Source: Leucoraja ocellata (taxonomy: Eukaryota). From it: a stretch of DNA of 64,000 bases. A program made the translations under genes and the position numbers. The stretch spans positions 3,286,001 to 3,350,000 of the forward strand of contig JAWMAR010000033.1 in assembly GCA_036785375.1 (NCBI GenBank), read 5' to 3'. Below the pieces are notes generated by a model. That model searched no databases. It worked only from the letters and a program-made list of their open reading frames with translations, and was not told the DNA's origin. Shown here in pieces: positions 38,460 through 49,950 of the stretch. Position 1 is the first letter of the stretch, and every line of letters starts with the position of its first letter.

Positions 38460-38561
38460 AGGTCGACACTAAAATGCTGGAGTAACTCAGTGGGACAGGC
38501 CGCATCTCTGGAGAAGAGTAATGGGTGATGTTTCGGGTCAAGACCCTTCTTCAGACTGAAT
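38460..38561 (-). mobile_element. ~100-bp Penelope-derived insertion with hammerhead-like motif
   Basis: Reverse complement reads tcagtCTGAAGAa-GGGTC-tt-GACCC-GAAAcatcaccc plus PLE tail. Perfect 10-bp TSD ctagaatatt at 38450-38459 and 38562-38571. Confidence 0.8.
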
Positions 38562-38797
38562 CTAGAATATTCACTGCCATCGCCCTTGTGCTCCACCGTA
38601 TCATAAAAATGCTTTCTTGAAAAAGGAAGAGGTGAACCAAAACAGGAGAAGTCTTTAAATAGCTACAAAGAATTATCACTTCTAAATGTGCAGCGGGACC
38701 ATGCATCAGAATTCATGTGTCTTGTATCAGAATTTATGATTACTGGCAATTGTAACACTGTATTTATATGTTGGAATTCAAAGAGTCAAAACACTTA

Positions 38798-39022
38798 ATG
38801 CCCCTGTCCCACTTCGGAAACCTGAACGGAAACCTCTGGAGACTTTGCGCCCCACCCTAGGTTTCCGTGTGGTTCCCGGAGGTTGCAGGTAGTTGCCGGA
38901 GGTTGCAGGTGGTGGAAGCAGGTAGGGAGACTGACAAAAACCTCCGGGAACCGCACAAAACCTTGGGAGGGGCGCAAAGTCTGCAGAGGTTTCCGTTCAG
39001 GTTTCCTAAGTGGGACGGGCAT
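38798..39022. mobile_element. MITE, second copy of the 2750-2964 family
   Basis: Same TIRs; the central spacer is the reverse complement of that in copy 1. Flanked by ttaa on the left and taa on the right. Confidence 0.8.
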
Positions 39023-40051
39023 AATACACTAAACCTGACTTAATCAGTGAGGTTACGGAATATTTAATTTGGCGCTGCTCTTGGGTCCTCGGTCACTCCC
39101 ACTGGCACTCTGTACTCTCGCCATCTTCACCCAGTGCAGGCTGAAGATTGTGACAGTGCAGGTGTAGATGCAGCGGGTGCTCCCTTGGCACCCATTTTGA
39201 TCCACCTCAGAAGCTCATGGCGAAAACTTCCACTAGTACGGCGATTTAGTGGGTAGGTCCCCTTTAAGAGATGGAGCTATGATGCTAATTAGCACAAGGC
39301 AGGTGCATGGTACTGAATGATTAATAAGCACTTACTGCACAGTAACTAGACGAATAATAACACTTTTACACTATAAAGCAGCATCCCAATAGCAACCCCC
39401 ATCCCGAGTAAAGCTGTGTGTAACCCACACAGAGCAGGTTTTGCAGACTTACTCAGAGGCATAAGAATTTCTTGTCCATTGAATCTGCTCTGCTTGGGTT
39501 TTATCAGCAGCTATCAGGCAATTACTGAAAACAATTTTATATTCTGCTTTTTGAAAATCTCATCCTTTAGTGGTGTCGGCAGGAGCAGAATTTACACAAT
39601 AACCAAGATACAATAATAGGCAACACAGCACCTTGAGCATGTTCCACCATTCGATAAAATTTATCATTAACTCCCTTTTCTAGCATGTATCCAAACGCCT
39701 GATTCCTTTGGTGCCAGAAAATCTATCAATTAGTCTCAATCTTGAATGCATCTCAAGAATGAGCATCAACTAAACTATGGAGGACAGAACCCCAAAGATT
39801 TGCAGCCCACTTTATCTCCGTCTTAAACGCCTGATCATTATCCTGAGAGAATACCATCAATTGTGGAGTTTCTAGCCTCTGAACATCAACCAGTCAATCG
39901 CTGTTTCATGTGATTCAATTATATCCTTGCATTCTTCCAAACCTCACAATATCCTGCCATTCTTCTAAACCTGTTAATATGGGCCGATTGAAATTCATTA
40001 CTTCTCGGAAAATGTTCTACAGCAAGAGTTAATGAAGTCAGACTATATTCC

Positions 40052-40822
40052 TGATAATTGCTCGTTCTAAGCTTCCCCCCCCAGTCTAGTTTCAGTAAAA
40101 ACACTGAATCAAGCACTTGAACAACTAATCTTTATTTTAACAAAGTGCAATTACAGTTCAACTACTGTACCTATCCCACCGTGGGTTCGATCCTCGTATC
40201 TGCCTGATCAGGCCCTCTAGGCCTCGCTCAAACAGAGACCCTCCAGAAGGTCACGCAGTCCCAAGCACTCTCCCAGAAGATCGATGCTGGACCTCGTGGT
40301 AAAGACTTTTATATGTCCCGGAACTTTGAGGGGCCGATCTACATGGGTGTGGTCTCAATAATCCAATTACAGATATCGATTAACCCCATACATAACAGAC
40401 ATTTCCCTAACCCAATAATTCAGCAGCTCAATACATTGTATTCAACCAGGAATTCTCAAGGAAGCCGAGTTAGAAACAATTACCCTGATCTGCAAGAAAC
40501 CCAGACAAGGCTCAATACCTCATCCAATCAACACTTGGCAAAGTTGAACTCTGCAACATTATTTACAAGGTGTATGTCTGGTTTGGAGCCATCCAATCGA
40601 TTCTATGCATTTTGCACCTAATTGACAGGGGCTGCAGATGTTCTTATTCTTTTCTTGCAATTTGTATCTAGGCTCTAGACACACTGGCAGCACTCCACAG
40701 CTTGTCCCAGCTCTGCAGAGAGCAATTCCAAATTGACCAAATCTCCCAGTAGCCCTGAAGCTTTTACCCCATTTTAAAGTCCTGGACTCTCCAATTGGGC
40801 CACAATTAACAACATTCCAACA
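40052..40822 (-). mobile_element. Probable solo LTR (~770 bp, ERV/LTR-like)
   Basis: TG...CA ends (tgataattg...ttccaaca). On the minus strand a TATA-like atataaaag (~40306-40314) precedes AATAAA (~40131-40136) by ~175 nt, in U3-R-U5 order. TSD is ambiguous (tcc/tcct). Confidence 0.5.
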
Positions 40823-41289
40823 TCCTAAGTATATACTTCTGAGTGAATGAAATTGTACAAACTAGTCTAGACAGGGTCTCATCAGTTCTGCATAAATTCC
40901 AGGAAGATTTCCTTAAATTTGCACTCAAGAAAATTGAACACAACATTAGCCTTCTTAACTGCATACATGTTAACTCTCAGCTTGAGGACAAAGAAGCTCA
41001 AAAATCCTCAGCAATCAGTCATCGTGGTCTATTTTATGAGAACACTCAGGAATAAACAGCATTATTTAACCTTTTCCAAGGATACCTTTTGTGAAGGCAC
41101 CAGCAGCTTGCTTTTATGGATGATTTCCTGAAACCGGCTTGTCACATTTTGCGAGACCAACTTCTGTGTTAACTATTTAAATTCAAACTTAAATGGTAGC
41201 CACATGACAATAAAGATAAGCACTTGGATATAATCAATGCTGAAATATAGCATTAAGTGGGATAAAGTTGCTACGGGTCTTCAAAAGGT

Positions 41290-42210
41290 CATAAAAAGGC
41301 TGATAAAACAACCCTCTAATCCCAGGAAATAGTGGTGAATCTCCTTTATTATGCTCCAATGTCTCTACATCTGTTTTAAGTAATGGGACCAAATCTGTAT
41401 ATTCCAGGTCCGGTCTCACCAACACCCTGTCCAAATGTAACAAAACCTCCCTATCTTTAAACTCTAGCCCCTTTATATTGAAGGTCAAAATGTTGAAAGC
41501 CATCCTAATGACTTGTTGGATCTGCCCACCAGCTTCTTGGGATTTATGCACAAGAATACCTAGATTCCTCTGTACTTCACTCACTTGTACCTCTTCTACA
41601 TATAGATAATAATCTGCCTTTTGAACTCTCTCAGCAACGTGCATTAACTCACTCTTCCCCACGTTAAACTTGATTTGCCAGTGTTTTGCTTGCTCACTCA
41701 ACCTATCTATCTCATTGCAGGACCACAAAATTCTTATCATGACAATCCCTGACAAGTAATTTCAGATCGCTAGCAAATTTGGAAATCTTACAGACCGTTC
41801 CTTCTGCCAAGATATTCATGTAGGGAGTAAATGATTATGGGTCAAAAAATGATCCCTGTGCTAGTTCCATCCAACTTGAAAAGGACATAGTTATTACAAT
41901 TGTTTTTTATGAGACAGACCGTTTTCAATCCATTTGAACACACCCTCTGACACCATGGGGCTTTTAGCTTATGCACCAGCTTCCTAGGGAGCACCTTGTC
42001 AAATACCGTAGGGAAAGTCTATATACAGGTTCTCCTCGAGCAACTTTTCCTATTCCATCTTCAAAAAATTTGAGTCAATTTGTTAAACATGATTTACTTT
42101 TCATGAAACCATGTTGACTAGATTTAATTACAATCAACTTATTCCCTCTTTGATCTTTGTCTGTAACATCATGCCAATAACAGTTGTAAAACTGACTGAC
42201 CACTGGTTCC
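41290..42210 (-). mobile_element. Degenerate CR1 ORF2 fragment
   Basis: ORF 41234-41755 reads IDRLSEQAKHWQIKFNVGKSELMH...QRNLGILVHKS...RVLVRPDLEY. Upstream are KVLPRKLVHKLKAHG-like and qHGF-like remnants. Confidence 0.8.
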
Positions 42211-43199
42211 CTTGCTTCCCCCTTTCATCTTTCACCAAGGGATTCATATTGACTGTTCTCTATTCTTCTGTTCTCTAACCTCCCAAAGTTATTAAAAGTT
42301 TCAACCGCTGGTTCCTCTCTCTGTAGCCAGTTCCTTCAAAACCAGACACCTTTCAATGAACATACGCATAAAAGAGACAATAAGATAGAATGATGCTTTG
42401 AGGGGAAAAAATTGAAAGACTGTAGTCAATGGTGGTAAAATTCACACTTAATCACAAGAATTAAATGCACAATATAACAGTGGAAATACATTGAATTATA
42501 TTTCCAAACTTAGATTCCATTGAAAATGTAACATTTCAGAGGTAGACGACTTTATTATGTCTCTAGAGCATGCAGCAAAGAATGAACTTCTTTTATTCAT
42601 CTTCTGAATTGGATTTTATCTTCCATAAAGAAATCAAGTATACAGGATAATTAACAATCCTGTGGATTTGCATAATCTCATAGGTATATTTTGCTTCAGT
42701 TTCATTTACATTCATTCATCATCGTTGAAAACATTAGCGACGCAGTGGCGCTGGTTTCCAACGGGAACGGTGACACATTTCTGTCCTCCAGTTTCTGCGG
42801 ACTTCCGCCGCTGGAAGTATGCGATGTTGGTGTGTGTGCTTTATCATCATTCCTTACAATGCTATATACGACAGTGATCGCAACTTCTACTGAAGTGTGG
42901 ATGGCTGTTGGCTCGCTAGATGCTCATCCGCCCTTTGACAGGTCTTGGTTTTGGTCCTGCTGGGGGTCCACAGCCCCCCTCCTCACCTGGCAAAATTCTA
43001 CCATGCATGGATTGAATGAACAGAGGATGATGTACGATCCTCCTTTTATGATTATGATGATTTTACATTAAAAATTTATATTTTGATGACTTGCAAATAT
43101 TATAGTATAATTTGTATTATTGTAGCTCCCCTATGGGATGGGCAACAGAATGGTATGTGTGAGAAGCTTTGTTTAAAAGCTCTCTGATGCCCAATTTGA

Positions 43200-43430
43200 T
43201 TGTCATCAGGATTACTATGCTTAGATATCACCACAGCCAATCAAATGTGGACCATGATTTCATGTGATAGAGTGAGGGTGGTGTTCTATGATATAAAGGC
43301 AGCATTTGATCAAGAGTGACATCAAGATGCCCTGGTAAAACTGAAACCAGTGGGCATCAGAGGGAAAATACTGGTTTGAGCCATACTGCGGAAGATAGTT
43401 GTGGTTGTCATAGAACAATCATCCCTGTCC
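43200..43430 (+). mobile_element. Old CR1-group RT fragment (host of a PLE hairpin insertion)
   Basis: gatataaaggcagcatttgatc (DIKAAFD)...ctggtaaaactg...ggcatcagagggaaa. Same family as 63510-63990. Confidence 0.6.
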
Positions 43431-43600
43431 AAAGATAGACATAAAGTGCTGGAGTAACTCAGCTGGTCAGGCAGCATCGCTGGAGAGAAAGGTCACCCAT
43501 CCTTTTGATTTGATCCTGAAATGCTTCCTGACCAGCTGAGTCACTCCAGTACTTTGTGTCTATCTTCGGTATAAACCAACATCTGCAGCTCCCTTTTACA
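43431..43600. mobile_element. Penelope-derived inverted-terminus (hairpin) mini-element
   Basis: ~46-bp arms aagatagacataaagtgctggagtaactcagctggtcaggcagcat / atgcttcctgaccagctgagtcactccagtactttgtgtctatctt with 4 mismatches. Perfect 11-bp TSD catccctgtcc at 43420-43430 and 43601-43611. Confidence 0.8.
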
Positions 43601-44799
43601 CATCCCTGTCCCAACATGTCAATGGAAGAGCTAATTTCCTGACATAACATGAACTTGGCACCATCTAAAAGGCACAAGTCAGGAGTATGATAAAATAGTC
43701 ACAATTTGATTGGATAAATGCAGCGCCACTAGCTCTGAAGACACCTTAATTTCCTCCACTACTGATGCACGATGGCTGCTCTGCATTTACAAAATGCACT
43801 GCACTTGATCAGACTACTTTAACAGTAGCTCCAAACATTCACTGAGACTTAAGAGCATTCAAAACAGGAGCTTTCACTGCATCTTGGTACTTGTGACAAT
43901 AATAATAACCCAATACCAATACTTTCTTAATCAAACCAGCAGATAATACATTTCAGAGCGGCCTGTTCTAATATCAAACTACCCAAGTGATGGGATGGGA
44001 AATGACTGCACGAGCAGTAAAAGGGCATTATGAATTTTCATTGCTCCATGTGTGTTCTTTGTTATTCCCATTTATTCTCAATCTACACTGCCTGGAACGT
44101 TCATGATGAAGAAAAGTATGTGTTGAGATAACCAAAGCAGGGTTCAGCTGTAACCTGAAAACAAACCTGGTGAAGAATGGCCACCCACTGATGAGTACAA
44201 TTAAGTTAAACATTGACGATATAAAGTGACAGATGCAAGAATTTGCAAAGAATTCTAAAATAATCGGTTCCACCATTACTTGTTTATATGTACATTAATG
44301 TTACTGAATATTAATAGGTTTCTGCCAAGCTTTATGGTTTTAGACTGAGGAGGTGCAACAAAATTATTAACAGTTGTGCAAACCAGCTATTCTGAAACAT
44401 TTTTTTCATTTCTAGCACATTAAATCATTATCAAGCTATAAAACATTCTGGTTGAATACATTTTGAGTTTTGTACATTAACATCATGTTGTCACACTGAA
44501 CAAAGCCCAGATTATGCAATTAATTTTCTTCAGACAAGTTGAAAATTAATTGTTTATTTAATTATAGCATATTAATATTGTAATGGAAAGGCAAGGTTTG
44601 AAAGTAAACTGACAAATTCTAAATCTTGACCATGGTCTATTTATGAATTGCAATACCCATTGAAATTTTTCAGAACTCTGATTTTTCCCCCCGCATCTAA
44701 TGATAGTGCAATGTTCATTACATGACTTTAAAGAATGACCATAAAAATAAAACAGTTTCTGAGGTGTAAGCTTCCCCTTTCCCAATATTAATGTTACAG

Positions 44800-45615
44800 C
44801 AAGAACAGGAAGGCAGATGATTATCTGAATGGTGTCAGATTAGGAAATGGGGAGGTGCAATGAGACCTGGTGTGCTTGTACAGCAGACACTGAAAGTAAG
44901 CATGCAGACAGTGAAGAAAGCCAAGCTGGCCTTCATTGTGAGAGGATTTGAGTTTAGGAGCAAGGCGGTCCTACTGCAGTTGTACAGGGCCCTAGTGAGA
45001 CCACACCTGGAGTATTGTGTGCAATTTTGGTCTCCTAATTTGAAGATGGACATTATTGCTATTGAGGGAGTGTAGAGTTGGTTTACCAGGTTAATTCCTG
45101 GGATGGCGGTACTGACATAAGATGAAAGAATGGGTCGACTGGACTTGTATTCACTGGAATTTAGAAGGATGAGAGGGAGTCTTATAGAAACGTATAAAAT
45201 TCTTAAAGGATCAGCCATGATCACAGTGAATGGCGGTGCTGGCTCGAAGGGCTGAATGGCCTACTCCTGCACCTATTGTCTATTGATTGGACAGACAAGA
45301 TGCAGGAAAAATGTTCCCGATGTTGGGGGAGTCCAGAACCAGTGGTCACAGTTTAAGGTAATTTAGGACTGAGATGAGGAAAAACTTTGTCACCCAGAGA
45401 GTTGTGAATCTGTGGAATTCTCTGCCACAGAAGGCAGTGGGGGCCCATTCACTGGATGTTTTCAAGAGAGTTAGATTCAGCTCTTAGGGCTAAAGGAATC
45501 GAGGGATATGGGGAAAAAGCAGGAATGGGGTACTGATTTTAGATGATCTGCCATGATCATATTGAATGGCGGTGCTGGATCGAAGGGCCAAATGGCCTAC
45601 TCGTGCACCTATTTG
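44800..45615 (+). mobile_element. 5'-truncated CR1 LINE with a nested CR1 3' tail
   Basis: ORF 44860-45075 LAFIVRGFEFRSKAVLLQLYRALVRPHLEYCVQFWSP. 3' UTR at 45500-45615, plus an extra 3'-UTR piece at ~45211-45285. Confidence 0.9.
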
Positions 45616-45706
45616 TTAATTTTCCAATATTGATTGCTGTCAGATATATCCCATGAACGATCAATGTGGATGCCATTGTGAAAAGGAGATTTTAAGAATT
45701 CAAGTA

Positions 45707-46795
45707 CAGGTGCACAACCTTTTACCCGAAAGCCTTGGGACCAGACACTTGTCGGATTTCGGACATTTTCGGATTTACGAATGGAAGATTTTTAGCGTAG
45801 ATTAGGAAGGTAGCGCGGGCGGCTTGAAAAGTCTGTAGCGGCTGCCTCCTCCCCGGAGACCGGGGAATCATTGTAAATCATTGCATAAATGTTAGTCAGT
45901 TAGTTTGGAGGGATTTTATGTGGTGGTGGTGGCGGTGGGGGGGGGGGGGGGTAAAGGGGGAAACTTTGATTCTTAGTCCCCTACCTGGTCGGCGACTCCC
46001 AACATCGCGGAGTTGGGGGCTCCGTCCGGCCGCGGGCGGCGCCGGTTGGAGCTCCGACCCCGACAACTCTACCCCTGGCTGCGAGGCGCTCCAAATCCAG
46101 TGCCGCCCGCGGCCGGACGCCCGCAGCCCCAGCTCCGCGAATGTTGGGAGTCGGATGCCCACAGCCCCAGCTCCGCGAATGTTGTGTGTCAGCGGCCACA
46201 GCGCTCCGGAGCTTACCGCACGGCGACCCGGTAAGGCATTGCCCGCTCCCCGCGGGTATTCCAGCGCTGCGACGCCGCCGACTCCCAACATTCTGGGAGC
46301 TGGGGCTGCGGGCATCCGGCCACGGGCGGCGGTGGATTTGGAGCGCCTCGCAGCCAGGGGTAGAGTTGCCGGGGCCGGAGCTCCAACCGGCACCACCCGC
46401 GGCCAGACGCCCGCAGCCCCAGCTGGGAGTTGGCGGCCACAGCGCTGCGGAGCTTACTGCACGGCGACCCGGTAAGGCATTGACCGCTCCCCGCCTCTCC
46501 GACCAGGTAGGGGACTAAGAATTAAAGTTCACCCCTTCACCCCCCCTTCACATAAAAGCCCTCCAAACTAACTGACTAACATTTAAGCAATGATTTACAG
46601 ATGTTTTAATGTCTCCCCGGTCTCTGGGGAGGAGGCAGCCGCTACAGTAGTACAGACCTGGGTTGACCGTGGGTCGTTTCGGGTCAAGTTTGGCGCCAAA
46701 CGCGAGCTTTGGTGTGCAGACAACATCCTGGAAAAAATGGCCGGTTTTCGGAGTTTTTCGGTTTGCGGAACTCCGGATAAAAGGTTGTGCACCTG
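45707..46795. mobile_element. Non-autonomous Tc1/mariner-type DNA transposon (1.09 kb)
   Basis: TA|CAGGTGCACAACCTTTTA...TAAAAGGTTGTGCACCTG|TA: perfect 18-bp TIR with TA TSD. Has an internal ~160-bp inverted repeat and a GC-rich duplicated core. Confidence 0.9.
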
Positions 46796-49479
46796 TAATT
46801 ACAAATAGCTCTGAAACAAAATGGTTGCAATAGTGATGAGCCTGAAACTCGCAGATTTTAAACATCCATCTAGTTAATAAACGGAAACCTGTCATTCTTC
46901 AATGGACTGGTTAAGGTGCAACTGCAATCCTCCAAAATGCATAGCAAACCACTCAGTTCATCAGAGTAATTATGGATAAATAATAAATACTGGCCATGCC
47001 AATAATACTAATATCCCATGATATCCCATGATAGAGGGAATAATATCGTAGCCTTCCATCAATGTCCCTCTGCACATTTATTACCGGAACTGCATCATAG
47101 AGCGGGAGGTGGCATTTTTGTCGTAGAAATCTGATGTTAAGACCCGTCCAAATGATGTAAAATTCAAAATTTCATCCTCTGGTTAAGTCATGGCAGGTTT
47201 CAGCAAATATTTTTGTTGGTGTTCTGCCTACCCTTATTAATCCTCATGCTTCCATTACTGTTCTCTGTCCAGACTAAATGCCACTGCCTGCATTATGCAA
47301 ACTGTACTTTATCATTTACTTGGAGAGCTACAAGGAAGGAAAACAATGATTCATGCTCAGTGACTCGGGTGAACATAAAGCCGAAACAAATTTTACTCTT
47401 GAGATTTTATTTCTACATGTTTGCTTTCAATCCTGTACTTCCTGGTAAATAAGAAGCATATTACATAGTGCTTCACAGTCAAAGCAGTACTCTCTTGATT
47501 TGTTTCATTTTCGGGCCTTAAAATTACATTCACAACCTCGCGAAGGAATAATGTGCTCCACATTTCTTTTCACTGATTAGAAATATTTAGCCAAAATTCT
47601 CACAACACCAAAATTCAATTTTTTTTTTTTAAATAAATAAGTTTGATGAATTACATGGAGTTTTTAAAAAAATAACATGCCTTTGGGATCTTCATTTAAA
47701 AGTACATTTGCAAAAGGGGCGTAGTACATTTGTGGTCAAGTAATGACCAACAAAATAAATTCATTTAGATGTGGCAAAATTCACAGTTAATGGTTTCATT
47801 TTTTCCTGCTTCTTTCCTTTAAACATCATTGATTGACTGGTTAAGGAGTAAACTACCAAGTTTTATTTTCAATCATGAAATACTATCGCTTTGTAATTCT
47901 TTAAAATAGCCCGTGCTATTTTGCTTTTCCATTACTCGTTGTATTCTTTCAAATTGGATGAATGTTTCTGTGCTTGGGAGCAGTTTTTTTGTCACCTTTC
48001 TTTGGCTGTAGATCAGTACAATTAATGAGGAGCTTCTTTACACTCGTACACTGCATAATAAAGGGAAAGAAAATCCATGCAAGTTTGGGAAATTAAGTGC
48101 TTGAACTTGGTCCGTTCACACATACAGTATCAACAGATTTCTAAAAAATAATTTTTAAATGTGGATATCTCCATTTGCATTTCTCTAAATTATTTAATTC
48201 AGTGTTCTGGTGAGGGAAATTGCAAATATGTTATTCAGTTTCATTTTTGCTTTAGGTGCCTCAGGTTTACAAAAAATAATTCAATTCCCCATTGAGTCAC
48301 ATTTGAGCTTACTGTTGTTTACCTCCAAAAGAATAGTTCATGAGGAACATTTGTTCAAAAGTAATCTCTTCACAATATTATGTTGTCTTATTGCTGTCTG
48401 GCCAGGCTTATGCAATACAAGATTTAATTATTAAACACGGGGGTAGCAATTGCAAATTAGGAAGAGGGTCGGGAAATCCAGTTCCCTGTGGTTGTTGCAT
48501 GTTCAATAATATTGTCACTAATTTGTACCTCATTTATTTACTTTTGATTTGGATCCCTGAATAAGAAAATATTATTTACCTCAGTCTTGAAAGGTTCACT
48601 TAGCTGTTCATATTTGTGCTGCCCTCAAAAAGATTGTCTGTAGATATCATTCTGAATGATATCTTTCTAATTTTAAGACTCGCCTCCCTAGTTCATTGTG
48701 CTCCCACAAGCAGTAAACATTTTCTTGAAGTTATTTTGTGAAAAACATTTTATCATTTTAAACATTTACATTCAATCATTTATTGGATCTTCACTATTGA
48801 ATACAAATCAAATTTATCAACCATCCTCATAATTTATGCCTTTAATTCTGATCCCTGGACAGATTCTCTGGTCTTTTCTGCTTCTGCTTTCAATATGGCT
48901 GAATCCTTTAATAATTCCAAAATACTTCTGTCAACAAAGCAAACTCAATTATACTATTTAAACTTTGCTTCCTTCATAATTTATGCTATTGTGCTTCTTC
49001 CAATCTATGAGAAAATATTAACCGCTCTCCAATAGTTGAAGGAGTTATACAGGTATTACTGTTACCATCACATTAGAAAAGCTCAGATTTTGGATACTTT
49101 GCTCTTCAGACGGATGAAAATGGGAGCATAATCACTGGAAGGCACATATTGGCAAGGTCCTCTTGGCTGAATAGCTCCTTGCTTTCTTTCCTTGACTTCT
49201 TTACCCTTGGATATTTCAGCTCCTTGAGCCCACTGCCAAAGCTGCCATGGCAAGCGTCAAGAAAAGGCACATTTGAGCCCAAATGTTGTATGACATAACC
49301 AAAATGAGGTAATTCAATCCTTCTCAATAATGTCGGTTCAGGTACTATTCGGGTTGTCAAGGCAGAGCCCTGAATATTGAGTGTCAATTATTGTTCAATT
49401 ATTCAATTTTACAGCTGATTCCACTTTTCCCTGGACATTCATGTAATCAGTATAAGATGAATGTCACATAAAGGTTGAA

Positions 49480-49950
49480 TAGGGGCTCTAAGCTCGCAAC
49501 ACAACAGGCCAACGGCAGAGGCCTTCCCGAGGTTCCGTGGCCGCCATGCCCGCCTCAGAAGACCCGAAGGCTTGGTGATTGTCCAGACTCACCCGAACGT
49601 TTGTTGGTCGGTGGGACCCACCCAAATTCCCAGCGAGCCGTGGAATGCTCCTGACCAGTAACCTGCATGAAGGCTCGGCGAAAGGCGGGACTGGGAGGGA
49701 ACTGGAGACGTCAGATGCAAGGAGCAAGGACTGGTAGGAGGGTAAACCGGGTTAATGCCTCATTAACAGCTGCAGGAGGTGCCCCTGGGACACAGATGGC
49801 CGGACGAGGAGAAGGACATTGGTTTGCAGGAACTGCTCTGGTACATCCAGCGCGTGGGCCAACTGGACTTTGGAAATGGCGCCATGTTATGGCATGTGTA
49901 AAGATGCAAAAAGAATTCGCAATTGCACAAGTAACAAATAAAGCACCATT
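49480..49950 (+). repeat. GC-rich non-autonomous repeat related to 5262-5762
   Basis: Shared 3' end gtgggcc...ggactttggaaatggcgcc...gcatgtgtaaagatgcaaaaagaatt...gtaacaaataaagcaccattg. Confidence 0.6.

Noticed and set aside
45896-46518. Overlapping 125-185-aa GC-rich ORFs
   Set aside because: They lie within a TIR-bounded element; stop-poor GC repeats give ORFs on both strands with no domain motif.
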